From Planctomycetaceae bacterium (GTDB lineage: Bacteria; Planctomycetota; Phycisphaerae; Phycisphaerales; SM1A02), in assembly GCA_027483065.1 (NCBI GenBank), contig JAIXVI010000304.1:1-58139 (forward strand): DNA of 58,139 nt. Direction: 5' to 3'. The translations under genes and the position numbers were made by a program. This document shows, in pieces, positions 1 to 8,487 of the stretch. Position 1 is the first letter of the stretch, and each line of letters opens with the position of its first letter. Under the pieces are notes generated by a model. That model did not search any database, was not told the DNA's origin, and saw only the letters and a list, made by a program, of their open reading frames with translations.

Positions 1-155
1 CCCCGAACATCGGCGGTCGTTCATGCGATCGAACCCGATGCGCGACTCTCCCGCCAAGCCGCGCGAGTTCCAAAGGCCGCTCTCGAGATCCTCCCAGTCG
101 TCTCGTCTCGCCTCGTCTCGCCACGCACCGCTCCCTGTCATTCAGAGAACTCTCG

Positions 156-2447
156 ATGGACCGATTCCCTACCCCGTCAATGCGCCTCTTGCAGAATCCA
201 AACACCCGAGAGACCGCCCCGGGCGGCAAACTGGCGCACGGTGGCCTCCTCCTGTGGGCAGCGAAGCGTTCGTGTGGCGGTCGCGCCCTCGCGTGCGCCG
301 TGGCCTTGGCCACGTTCGTGCCTGGTGCTCGCTTCGCGACCGCCGGAGGCTGTCTCGGTGACGTCGATTCCAACGGCGAAGTTGGTGGCACCGACCTCGC
401 GGCGCTCCTGAGCGCGTGGGGTGGCACCGATTCGGCGGCGGACATCGACGGCTCCGGACTTGTCGACGCGGCCGATCTCACCGTACTCCTCGGCGCTTGG
501 GGACGGTGCCCGGCAACCGCGCCCGTTGCAACGGAGCTCGCGAGCATTCAAGCAACGGTCGCGCCCTACGCGATCTACCTCGATTCGTTCAACGTCGGAG
601 CGACGGTCAATCTCGCAGTGGACCCGCTGAAGTTTCCTGATCTCGCCGGCGACGTCGTTGACGTGTACGTGGTTCCAAACCGAACAGCTGCGGAGTGGTC
701 GGCTTCTTCCGCGCTGATCGACGTGCGGGGTGCATCGCAAACGGTCGCTCTTCCCGCAAACCCAACAACGCCAAACATCGCGCTCACGATGACCGGTGTC
801 ACCGGCGGCAATGGGCTCAGTCCCGGCCGCGGGTTTGATCTCGTCGTCGATGCGAATCGCGACGGCGTGCTCGGCGATGGCGATCTCATTGATGGCGCAG
901 GCGATGAACCAGGCTTTTGGTACGTCGTCGACCTCGCGGCGGCAGGTCCGCTTGCTGTGTCGCAGATCGCGTCGTACGACGTCAACGACCCCGACATCCT
1001 CGACACGATGGAGCTCGAGCGGATCTACTACCCGACGTCGATTGCGACGCTCGGCGTGCGTCCACTCGTCGTGATTTCGCACGGAAACGGCCACAACTAC
1101 GCGTGGTACGACTACCTCGGCAATCACCTCGCGAGTTGGGGCTATGTCGTGATGAGCCATCAGAACGACACGGTGCCTGGCATCGAGACTGCGTCCACCA
1201 CGACGCTTGAACACACCGAGAGTTTCCTCGCGCAACTCGCGACGATCGGCGGCGGCGTTCTCAACGGTCGCGTCGATGGCGACGTAATCGTCTGGATCGG
1301 CCACTCGCGCGGCGGTGAAGGCATCGCCCGCGGCTACGACCGACTCTTCGACGGTACGTTCACATCGCCGAACTACCAGATCGGCGACATTCGTCTCTTG
1401 ATTTCGATCGCGCCAACCGACTTCCTTGGAACCGCGAGCGCGAATCCGCACGGCGTGCCGTTCATGCTGATGTACGGCGCCGCGGACGGCGATGTCTGCG
1501 GATGCCCCGACTCCGACATTGCAGACAGTTTCAACATCCTCGAGCGCGCCGAAGGGTTGCGTCAATCAACCTACGTGCACGGAGCCGACCACAATGACTT
1601 CAACTGCTGCGGCTTCAACGATTTCGCGGGCCCAACAGGGACAGCGATCGGAAACGCCGAAGCGCAGGACGTGATGAAAGCGGCGTCGCTCGCGATGATC
1701 CGTCGGGTCGTGGAAAACGACTCTTCCGCTGAGGAATACCTCTGGCGTCAGTACGAGAGTTTGCGTCCAATCTCGGTCGCGTCGACGACGACCGTCATCA
1801 ACGAGTGGATCGCGGCACCTGCCGATCGCATCGTGCTCGACAACTTCCAAACCAACACTTCGACTACGGTCTCGAGCTCTGGTGGAGCGGTGACGTTGGT
1901 CGGAGTGGCGAACGAGGTCGAAGGCCTGCAGAACGACAACAACACGGCATTTACCTGGGTGACGACCGATCCGATGAATGGCGCCACGCGCGGCCGCACG
2001 ACCGACCTCACACGCGCGTTTGTCTTGAATTGGACGATCGCATCGTCGATCAACTGGACTGTGCCGCCCGATCGCCGCGACTTCACGCAAGGCAAGTTCC
2101 TCTCGATGCGCGCTGCGCAGGGAACGCGCCACCCGCAGACCATTGCATTGCTCGGCGACCTGACCTACACCGTCACGCTGATTGATGAACTCGGCGAAGA
2201 GACATCGCTGCAGATTTCCGCCTTGGGCGGCGGTGTTGAGGAGCCCTATCAACGCACAGGCTTTGGAACAGGAACGGGTTGGCAGAATGCCATGGAAACG
2301 ATTCGGCTTCCATTGAGCGCGTTCACCAGCGGCGGAAGTGCCATCGATTTGACGCGCATTGCATCGGTGCTTGTCCAGTTCGGCGGAACGTCTGGGTCTG
2401 CGCAAGGCCGTCTTGTCATCGACGATCTTCAAATCGAGAAGAAGTGA
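156..2447 (+). CDS. Secreted alpha/beta-hydrolase-fold protein with an N-terminal dockerin-like repeat pair
   Basis: Long ORF with a hydrophobic leader. It is followed by GDVDSNGEVGGTDLAALLSAWG...DIDGSGLVDAADLTVLLGAWG (two dockerin/EF-hand-like repeats). Further on come VVISHGNGHNY and WIGHSRGGEG, a G-x-S-x-G nucleophile elbow. The start is uncertain (Met at 156 or MRLLQ 8 codons later). Confidence 0.7.
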   Translation: MDRFPTPSMRLLQNPNTRETAPGGKLAHGGLLLWAAKRSCGGRALACAVALATFVPGARFATAGGCLGDVDSNGEVGGTDLAALLSAWGGTDSAADIDGSGLVDAADLTVLLGAWGRCPATAPVATELASIQATVAPYAIYLDSFNVGATVNLAVDPLKFPDLAGDVVDVYVVPNRTAAEWSASSALIDVRGASQTVALPANPTTPNIALTMTGVTGGNGLSPGRGFDLVVDANRDGVLGDGDLIDGAGDEPGFWYVVDLAAAGPLAVSQIASYDVNDPDILDTMELERIYYPTSIATLGVRPLVVISHGNGHNYAWYDYLGNHLASWGYVVMSHQNDTVPGIETASTTTLEHTESFLAQLATIGGGVLNGRVDGDVIVWIGHSRGGEGIARGYDRLFDGTFTSPNYQIGDIRLLISIAPTDFLGTASANPHGVPFMLMYGAADGDVCGCPDSDIADSFNILERAEGLRQSTYVHGADHNDFNCCGFNDFAGPTGTAIGNAEAQDVMKAASLAMIRRVVENDSSAEEYLWRQYESLRPISVASTTTVINEWIAAPADRIVLDNFQTNTSTTVSSSGGAVTLVGVANEVEGLQNDNNTAFTWVTTDPMNGATRGRTTDLTRAFVLNWTIASSINWTVPPDRRDFTQGKFLSMRAAQGTRHPQTIALLGDLTYTVTLIDELGEETSLQISALGGGVEEPYQRTGFGTGTGWQNAMETIRLPLSAFTSGGSAIDLTRIASVLVQFGGTSGSAQGRLVIDDLQIEKK

Positions 2448-2547
2448 CGCGCTGCACGCTTGAAACTCCTTTGATCCTTTCACCCCTCCGAACTTCAAAT
2501 CTCACATTGAAACTCTGACGCGCACACGCGCTCATTCAGGAAGAACC

Positions 2548-3252
2548 ATGCAGACGACTTCTTTCATGCGCACGACATCCAACTTCCGCGGCCTCAGCGC
2601 GGCGTTCATGGCGCTCACGGCATGCATCGTGTCGAGCTCGACGTTTGCGCAAGAAGTGACGGCACCGACGAAGGCTCCAACGCAGCAAGTTGGCATGCCC
2701 GCAATGCCGGTGACGCCGGCCGCCGCCGCAGAACTCATCGAAGTCATCCCCTTCGAACTTGCGCAGCCTTTCACGCACTCGATGCGGCGCGAGCGCCCTG
2801 AGTACACCCGCGGTCACGTGTTGGTGCTGCGCGCACCAGAGGCGTACCTCGTGCCGCGGCAAGTGGCAGAGCCCGTGCTTCTCGTCGGCGGGCAGACGGC
2901 GGAGCGCATCAACGCGGGTTACGCAAGCGGCTTCCTCATCGTGGTGGTGCCAGAATGGCGCGAGCGCGGAGCGGATGGAGTGGAGCGTGCGGGTGATCCA
3001 AGCACGGCGCGCATTTGGTTCGCGTCGCCAGAACTCCCTGAGCGTGTCGACGCAGCGTGGATCGATGCGGCAGCGGCTTCAGCGAGCAAGGCGGGGTTGG
3101 CTGCAGCCGCACCTCGCGTCGCTGGCTTTGCGCCGGCGAAGGCAGAGCGCTTCGAAAATCGTGATGCGCTCGGTCGGTTCCTGGCGGACATCATCGCGAA
3201 GCGATCGCCATCGGAGACCGATGTGATTGACACGCTGCGGGCGACGAACTGA
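2548..3252 (+). CDS. Hypothetical secreted protein
   Basis: ORF preceded by AGGAAG. The N-terminus (FMALTACIVSSSTFAQE) looks like a signal peptide. No recognisable catalytic motif. Confidence 0.5.
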   Translation: MQTTSFMRTTSNFRGLSAAFMALTACIVSSSTFAQEVTAPTKAPTQQVGMPAMPVTPAAAAELIEVIPFELAQPFTHSMRRERPEYTRGHVLVLRAPEAYLVPRQVAEPVLLVGGQTAERINAGYASGFLIVVVPEWRERGADGVERAGDPSTARIWFASPELPERVDAAWIDAAAASASKAGLAAAAPRVAGFAPAKAERFENRDALGRFLADIIAKRSPSETDVIDTLRATN

Positions 3253-3300
3253 CGCGTGTCATTCCGCCGAGCGCGACCGCAATCCGTTACGCTCGGCGAC

Positions 3301-3828
3301 ATGAACGCGACGAAACACGCGAGGTTTGAAGTCACACGCGCCCATGCACGTGCCCATGTGCGCACCCATGTGCGCACCCATGTACGCACCCATGTACGCA
3401 CCCATGTACGCACCCATGCACGAACAGCGTGCGGAGGGCTCTTCATGCTCTGCGCCGCGTCGCTCGTCCATGGCGCGATTTCAGGTTGTGCGAGTTCGCC
3501 GCGCACGAACAGCGCTTCACGCGACATGCCGGCGCCGCTCCAACATGTGGTCCTCGTCGATCTCGCCGATGACAACGACATCGCCGCCATGCGTGCGGCG
3601 AGCGACGCGATGCTGCCAACGATTCCGATGGTGAAGGGTTACGTGTGCGGCGCCCCTGTCGACATCGGGCGCGCGAACGTGCACAAAGACTACGACCTCG
3701 GCATCATCGTTCAGTTCGATTCGGTGGAAGACTACAAGGCCTACCTCGAACATCCGATCCACGTCGAACTCGTACAGACATGGCGGCCGAAGTGGAAGAA
3801 GTCGTTCATCGTCGACTTTGCGCCGTAA
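3301..3828 (+). CDS. Dabb (stress-responsive alpha/beta-barrel) domain protein, probably a lipoprotein
   Basis: The C-terminal ~100 aa (HVVLVDL...DYDLGIIVQFDSVEDYKAYLEHPIHVELV) match the Dabb fold family. AISGC resembles a lipobox. Start is ambiguous: GTG 3256, ATG 3301 or ATG 3445. The first two would translate the 12-nt repeat as (HVRT)n. Confidence 0.7.
   Translation: MNATKHARFEVTRAHARAHVRTHVRTHVRTHVRTHVRTHARTACGGLFMLCAASLVHGAISGCASSPRTNSASRDMPAPLQHVVLVDLADDNDIAAMRAASDAMLPTIPMVKGYVCGAPVDIGRANVHKDYDLGIIVQFDSVEDYKAYLEHPIHVELVQTWRPKWKKSFIVDFAP
3338..3421. repeat. 12-nt tandem array x7 (gcacccatgtgc / gcacccatgtac)
   Basis: Direct reading: seven head-to-tail 12-nt units with 1-2 substitutions each. 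Confidence 0.9.
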
Positions 3829-3855
3829 GTGGACCGAGTTGCGATGGCGCGGACT

Positions 3856-5199
3856 TCACGCGCCCTTCAATATGGTTTTCCACTCCTGTGAGATGCGATC
3901 GATCGCTTCGTCCAGCACTTCGCGTGTCGTTGCGAGGCTGAAGCGCAGGTGTCCCGCAGCGCTCGCGCCAAACCAGCGCGGGCTTCCAGGTACGACACGG
4001 ACGCGCGCGATGTGCTCAATGCGACGCGCGAGTTCTTCTTCCGCGATACCGGTTTGCGCGATGTTTGCGAAGAGGACGAACGTCGCTTCGGGCGCGCGCT
4101 CGATCGCGACCCCTTTGAGTCGCGTCAGGCGCCGGATCGCGTGGTCGCGCATGCGACCGCAGTGCTCGAGAAAAGCTGCGCGCCATGCCGTTGTATCGCG
4201 CAACGCCGCGACGGCCGCAATTTGCGACAGCGTCGCGACACCCTCGATGGTCTGGGCGAATCCTTGCGTGGTGATGAAGGTGTCTGCGGCTTTTCGATTT
4301 GGTGCGATGACGGCACCGATACGAAGTCCCGCGATTGCGAATCCCTTCGACATGCCGTGGATGACCCACGCGTGACATTCGTCTTCGCCATGCGCCGCAA
4401 ACGATCGAAACGAGCGGCCGTCGAGCACGACATCCGACCACACTTCGTCCGAGACGATCGTGATGCCGCGTTCGTTGGCTTCGGCAGCAATCGCGCGGAC
4501 TTCGGTCGGCGTCCAAAGAGTGCCCAACGGGTTGTGCGGATGACAGACGAAGAGCGCGCGCGTCTTCGATGTCAGCGCTTCTTTCAGGCCATCGACCGTG
4601 AATCGTCCGTCGGTTGGCTTCCAGAATCGCAGCGTCGCGCCCGCGCGGCGAACACTCTCTGCGACGAGGAAGTCAACCGGATCCTGCACGACAACTTCGT
4701 CGCCTGCTTTGAGAACTTCACGTGCAACGAGCACGATCGCGCTTGCCGCAGAGTTTGTCGCGATGACACGCGAAGGATCGATGTCCGCAGACTTCGTGCG
4801 CGCGAAGTGTGATGCGAGCGCTTGTCGGAACTCGACGAGTCCAGCCGGTGGACCGTATGGGAGGTGGGGCGTCGCAACGTATCGCGCGATCGCTTGAGTG
4901 ACGACCGATGACACGGGGAGATCCGGGTCAGCGGCGGTGAGTGGAATGACGTCGGGCGCGCACTCTGCCCAGCGAAGATTGAACGCGCGCTTTCGGAGCG
5001 CATCGAAATCGGGCGTCGCAGCTGTCACCACGGAACTGCGCAGGTTCGACGGCGATTTGAGCGACACGGGCTCCGGCGAAGCGCGCGGGGTTTGCAGCGA
5101 CGGAGGGACTGCTGCCGTTGTTGCTGCGGCTGTTGTGCGCGCCTCTTGCGCAGCTCGCACAAATGCGCTGACCATGGACTGTGGAATATTGGTGTTCAT
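3856..5199 (-). CDS. PLP-dependent aminotransferase class I/II (MalY/PatB-like C-S lyase type)
   Basis: MSKGFAIAGLRIG carries the PLP-lysine context. NPLGT and VSDEVW motifs are present, and RWAECAPDVIPLTAADPD resembles the PatB/MalY N-terminal motif. Start placed at ATG 5199 (MNTNIPQ), because the longer ORF runs into the upstream gene region. Confidence 0.8.
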   Translation of the reverse strand: MNTNIPQSMVSAFVRAAQEARTTAAATTAAVPPSLQTPRASPEPVSLKSPSNLRSSVVTAATPDFDALRKRAFNLRWAECAPDVIPLTAADPDLPVSSVVTQAIARYVATPHLPYGPPAGLVEFRQALASHFARTKSADIDPSRVIATNSAASAIVLVAREVLKAGDEVVVQDPVDFLVAESVRRAGATLRFWKPTDGRFTVDGLKEALTSKTRALFVCHPHNPLGTLWTPTEVRAIAAEANERGITIVSDEVWSDVVLDGRSFRSFAAHGEDECHAWVIHGMSKGFAIAGLRIGAVIAPNRKAADTFITTQGFAQTIEGVATLSQIAAVAALRDTTAWRAAFLEHCGRMRDHAIRRLTRLKGVAIERAPEATFVLFANIAQTGIAEEELARRIEHIARVRVVPGSPRWFGASAAGHLRFSLATTREVLDEAIDRISQEWKTILKGA

Positions 5200-5338
5200 G
5201 ACGTGACCCGCAGAAGACGAAGGAGATTCGGCGTGCTCGCGCGATGGTTCCCGAAGGTGCGTGTAATCACTTTCAAACGCAGGATTTGCGCTTGTGCACT
5301 CGCGACTGACAACCGAATCACTCCTCACATGAGCCCCC

Positions 5339-6457
5339 TCATGCAACCAATGGAAGCGCCGGGCCGGACGAAGCCACGGGTGCGAGAAATGCCGCGCGAA
5401 GTCGACGACCTTCAAGGAAGAGACGTCGATGGTTCGGCCGTCGCAGCCGCGTGTATTCGGCAAATGCCTCCGACGCTCCTCCCGCCGTGCGGACATCACG
5501 GAGGAGCCGCGCGAGGACTACGGCGTCGACCAGCGCGCTGTTCGCGCCTTGACTCGTGAATGGCAGACATGCGTGCGCCGCATCGCCAAGGAGCACAGCG
5601 TTTCCAAGATGAAGCGCTGAAAGCGGGGGCAGATCGCGGGTTTTCCAAAGGTGCGATTGATGGAAGTCCGTGGTCGAGAGCGCCTCGATGACATCCGCAG
5701 CCCAGCCGTCGAGCGTGGCATCCACGAATGCGGCAAGCGAGGACCCGGATGTGTCGCTCACGCGGTAGCGCGCGGCATCCATCTGCACAAACCACACGAC
5801 GCGGCCATGGCCTTCCGCCAACATGCCGACGGCAAGGCCGCCACGCGGATCGTGGTACTTCCGAAATGTGGTTCCAAGTTCTCGCGCGAGTTCTGGCGCG
5901 TCCGCGATGGAGACGATCTCGTGGATTGCCGCGTCCGACAGTTCGGCCTTCGGGAACAGCATTTTTCGAAAGCGCGATTGCGCTCCGTCGCATCCAAAGA
6001 AGAGCTCGCCATCGAGCGCCTCTCCGGTCTCGAGCATGACTGACTGCACGCGATCGCCGCAGGCGCCATCGGCTGGAAGGGTCGTGCGTTGAGTTACGCG
6101 TGTTCCTTCGAGGATGCGCGCTCGCCCGCCGCCGAGTGCGGTCGTGCGAAGTTGCGAAAGGAAACGTGTGCGCGAAACGCAGAGCGCAGGCTCGAGTGCG
6201 TGTTCGCACAGAATGGAACCATCTGCGGCGCGAAGCGACGCGCGTTCGATCCAGTGACCGGCGTCCGACCAATCGATCGTGGGGGCGAGTTCGCGGAGCG
6301 CTGACAGCCCGTTTGGCATGAGAAGGAACCCCATGCCGCTCGGCGCGTCGGTGGGACGTCGCTCGAGGATGGTGCTCTCCGAGAAGTGAGGCAAAGCACC
6401 GAGCGCGGTGGTCATCGCCAAGCCAGCGACGCCTCCGCCAATGATGATGGAACGCAT
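5339..6457 (-). CDS. FAD-dependent monooxygenase (UbiH/salicylate-hydroxylase family)
   Basis: N-terminal IIIGGGVAGLA dinucleotide-binding motif and LLGDAAHACLPFTSQGANSAL FAD-binding motif. GGAG Shine-Dalgarno lies upstream of the ATG at 6457. Confidence 0.8.
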   Translation of the reverse strand: MRSIIIGGGVAGLAMTTALGALPHFSESTILERRPTDAPSGMGFLLMPNGLSALRELAPTIDWSDAGHWIERASLRAADGSILCEHALEPALCVSRTRFLSQLRTTALGGGRARILEGTRVTQRTTLPADGACGDRVQSVMLETGEALDGELFFGCDGAQSRFRKMLFPKAELSDAAIHEIVSIADAPELARELGTTFRKYHDPRGGLAVGMLAEGHGRVVWFVQMDAARYRVSDTSGSSLAAFVDATLDGWAADVIEALSTTDFHQSHLWKTRDLPPLSALHLGNAVLLGDAAHACLPFTSQGANSALVDAVVLARLLRDVRTAGGASEAFAEYTRLRRPNHRRLFLEGRRLRAAFLAPVASSGPALPLVA

Positions 6458-6607
6458 CTGAAACTCCTCAGGAGAGCCACGTCACTGCTGGTGGACCGCG
6501 CATCGGAACGATGACGCACGGTGGGCAGGCGGGGCTCTTCTCAAGGCGTCCGAACGAGCCGAGCGGTTCTCTCTGCGGCGACTCGAGATTTCGCGAAATG
6601 CCCTGTG

Positions 6608-7642
6608 TCACTTCATGGGTGCACGCTCGCCAGCGCGGATCGTAAGAGCGAGCCGGTTTTGTGCGGGCGGCATCGGACAGGTGGCGAACGGGGTGAAGGC
6701 GCACGGCGGGTTTGTGGCGCGATTGAAGTCGATCGTGGTCTTGCCTTCGACGGGCGCGGGGATATCAAGAAATCGGCCGCCGCCGTAACTCTCACGACCG
6801 TTGGTCGCATCCGCGAAGACGACGAAGAGTCGACCGTTCGCGCCCGCCGTTGCAACGAAATCGATCGGCGTGCCGCGGAGCGTGCTTCGAAGGCGTGCGA
6901 CGACGGGTTGGCTCTCAACGAACCCCGTGACATTCGTGATCGCGATCGTCTCGCCTTCGGTCGGCGCGACCACTTCCGCCTCAACGACGAGTGATGCGTC
7001 GAACGAGAAGAGTTCGATACCGCGGAACTTCGTGCGTGCCGGACTCGCGTTGTCCTTCACACGCAACGCGAGTGCGCCGTTGCGACGGATCGCGGTGATG
7101 GCGAGCGTGCCGTTCCGTACGACGGAGGGAGTTCCTTGATCATCGACGACGAGGGGTACAACGCCGTGCGCGTTCTTGCCGTCGATCGTGATGCCCTCAA
7201 CATCTGCTCGAAAGGCGACTTGGCTCTTGGACGCATCGCTGCCAGTCACGATGAAGGCCCCGCACTGCGGCGCCGTTGCACCTTGGTAGCGAAGCGCACA
7301 CGTCGGTGCAGACCCAATCGTGTGTTCGCCCTCCTCAAGAAAGTCGAGGCCCACAAGCGTCAGCCAGCCATCTTCGGCGGCGAGGGTTTCGAGGCGTTTC
7401 GCGTGCCAGATGTCGCGCGCGGCAGAGTCGGCTTCGGTTTGCTGCGCGTGCGCATCAAGTGATGCGCACCCTTGAAGGCTCAACGCGATGCTGAGCATGA
7501 GTGTGAACAGTACAAGTCCCCAGGCATGACTCTCGGTCAGACTTGTTGGCGTGAGCGACGACGACAGAGGTGTCTCAAGCATGCGGAAAAAGGTACCGCA
7601 CCGAGTGAGGATCCACGCGTGTCGAGTGGGTACGGAGTTCAC
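6608..7642 (-). CDS. DUF1684-family protein, probable lipoprotein
   Basis: C-terminal FADATNGRESYGGGRFLD...DFNRATNPPCAFTPFATCPMPPAQNRL is the characteristic DUF1684 signature. LSLQGC resembles a lipobox. An alternative start is at 7582. Confidence 0.8.
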   Translation of the reverse strand: MNSVPTRHAWILTRCGTFFRMLETPLSSSLTPTSLTESHAWGLVLFTLMLSIALSLQGCASLDAHAQQTEADSAARDIWHAKRLETLAAEDGWLTLVGLDFLEEGEHTIGSAPTCALRYQGATAPQCGAFIVTGSDASKSQVAFRADVEGITIDGKNAHGVVPLVVDDQGTPSVVRNGTLAITAIRRNGALALRVKDNASPARTKFRGIELFSFDASLVVEAEVVAPTEGETIAITNVTGFVESQPVVARLRSTLRGTPIDFVATAGANGRLFVVFADATNGRESYGGGRFLDIPAPVEGKTTIDFNRATNPPCAFTPFATCPMPPAQNRLALTIRAGERAPMK

Positions 7643-7697
7643 GAGGTCGTGCGCGTTCGGTTGTCGCCCTGCGAGACGCGACTGGAACTGACCGACT

Positions 7698-7738
7698 CAA
7701 AAACGCTGCCCCCCGCGGAGGTGGGTTCCGCGGGGGGC
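7698..7738 (-). terminator. Rho-independent terminator (minus strand)
   Basis: Perfect 12-bp stem gccccccgcgga / tccgcggggggc (7708-7719 / 7727-7738) with a 7-nt loop. On the minus strand it is followed by a T-run (plus-strand aaaaa at 7699-7703). Confidence 0.65.
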
Positions 7739-8487
7739 GCAAGCAGGACCTTCGCGTGGGAGGCCCCGTCGTGGTGACAAGGTCGGAAGCACTGTGCGAT
7801 CAGTCGGTTACCCGTCCTGCGCGTGAGGCCGCGCGATTCGGGGAAAGGGCTCTGCGAACTCCGTGCGCGCCCAGTCGTTGCGAGAAGGATCCATCCACTC
7901 GCCAACCTACCTGTCTTGTGCGAGCGTTCGCGAATGCTCCGCGCCGCTCGCAACACTGTGCTGTCCTACGTCTTGGTCGGGTGTGTCGGAGTCCTCAGCA
8001 GACACCCGATCGAAAGGGGACACATTGTTCGGCTTCCATTCCATTCGAGCCGGCGGTGGGTGCCGGCCTGTTGGCCACTTCCTGTGGCGTGTCACCTGTC
8101 GCGCGTCAGGAATTGCCTTCCTGTCGCCTCAAGTTCCTTGTCCGCACACGTTTGGTGACACGAAGGAAGCGTGCGGTCATCCTTCGTGTGTTGTGATGGG
8201 TCACTGGAGGCAGTGGCCGCTGTCGCGGAACTGCACTCGCTGTGTTGAAACTCGTTCCTTGCTCCCCGTTGACCTTTCGCCAGGTTCGACTGGCGATCGG
8301 AAAGCGGGGCGTCATGCTCGATCACTTCATGCTTGAGAACTTGATGCTCGATCACTTCATGCTCGAGGAGACCGGGTCGGTGTTGGTCGGACTGCATCGA
8401 GCAGTGACGAACCATCAGGTCGGCCCGAACTTCTTCGAGTTGCATCATGTCTCTTCGCGACCCATGGGGACGCGAAGAGCACTTCGC

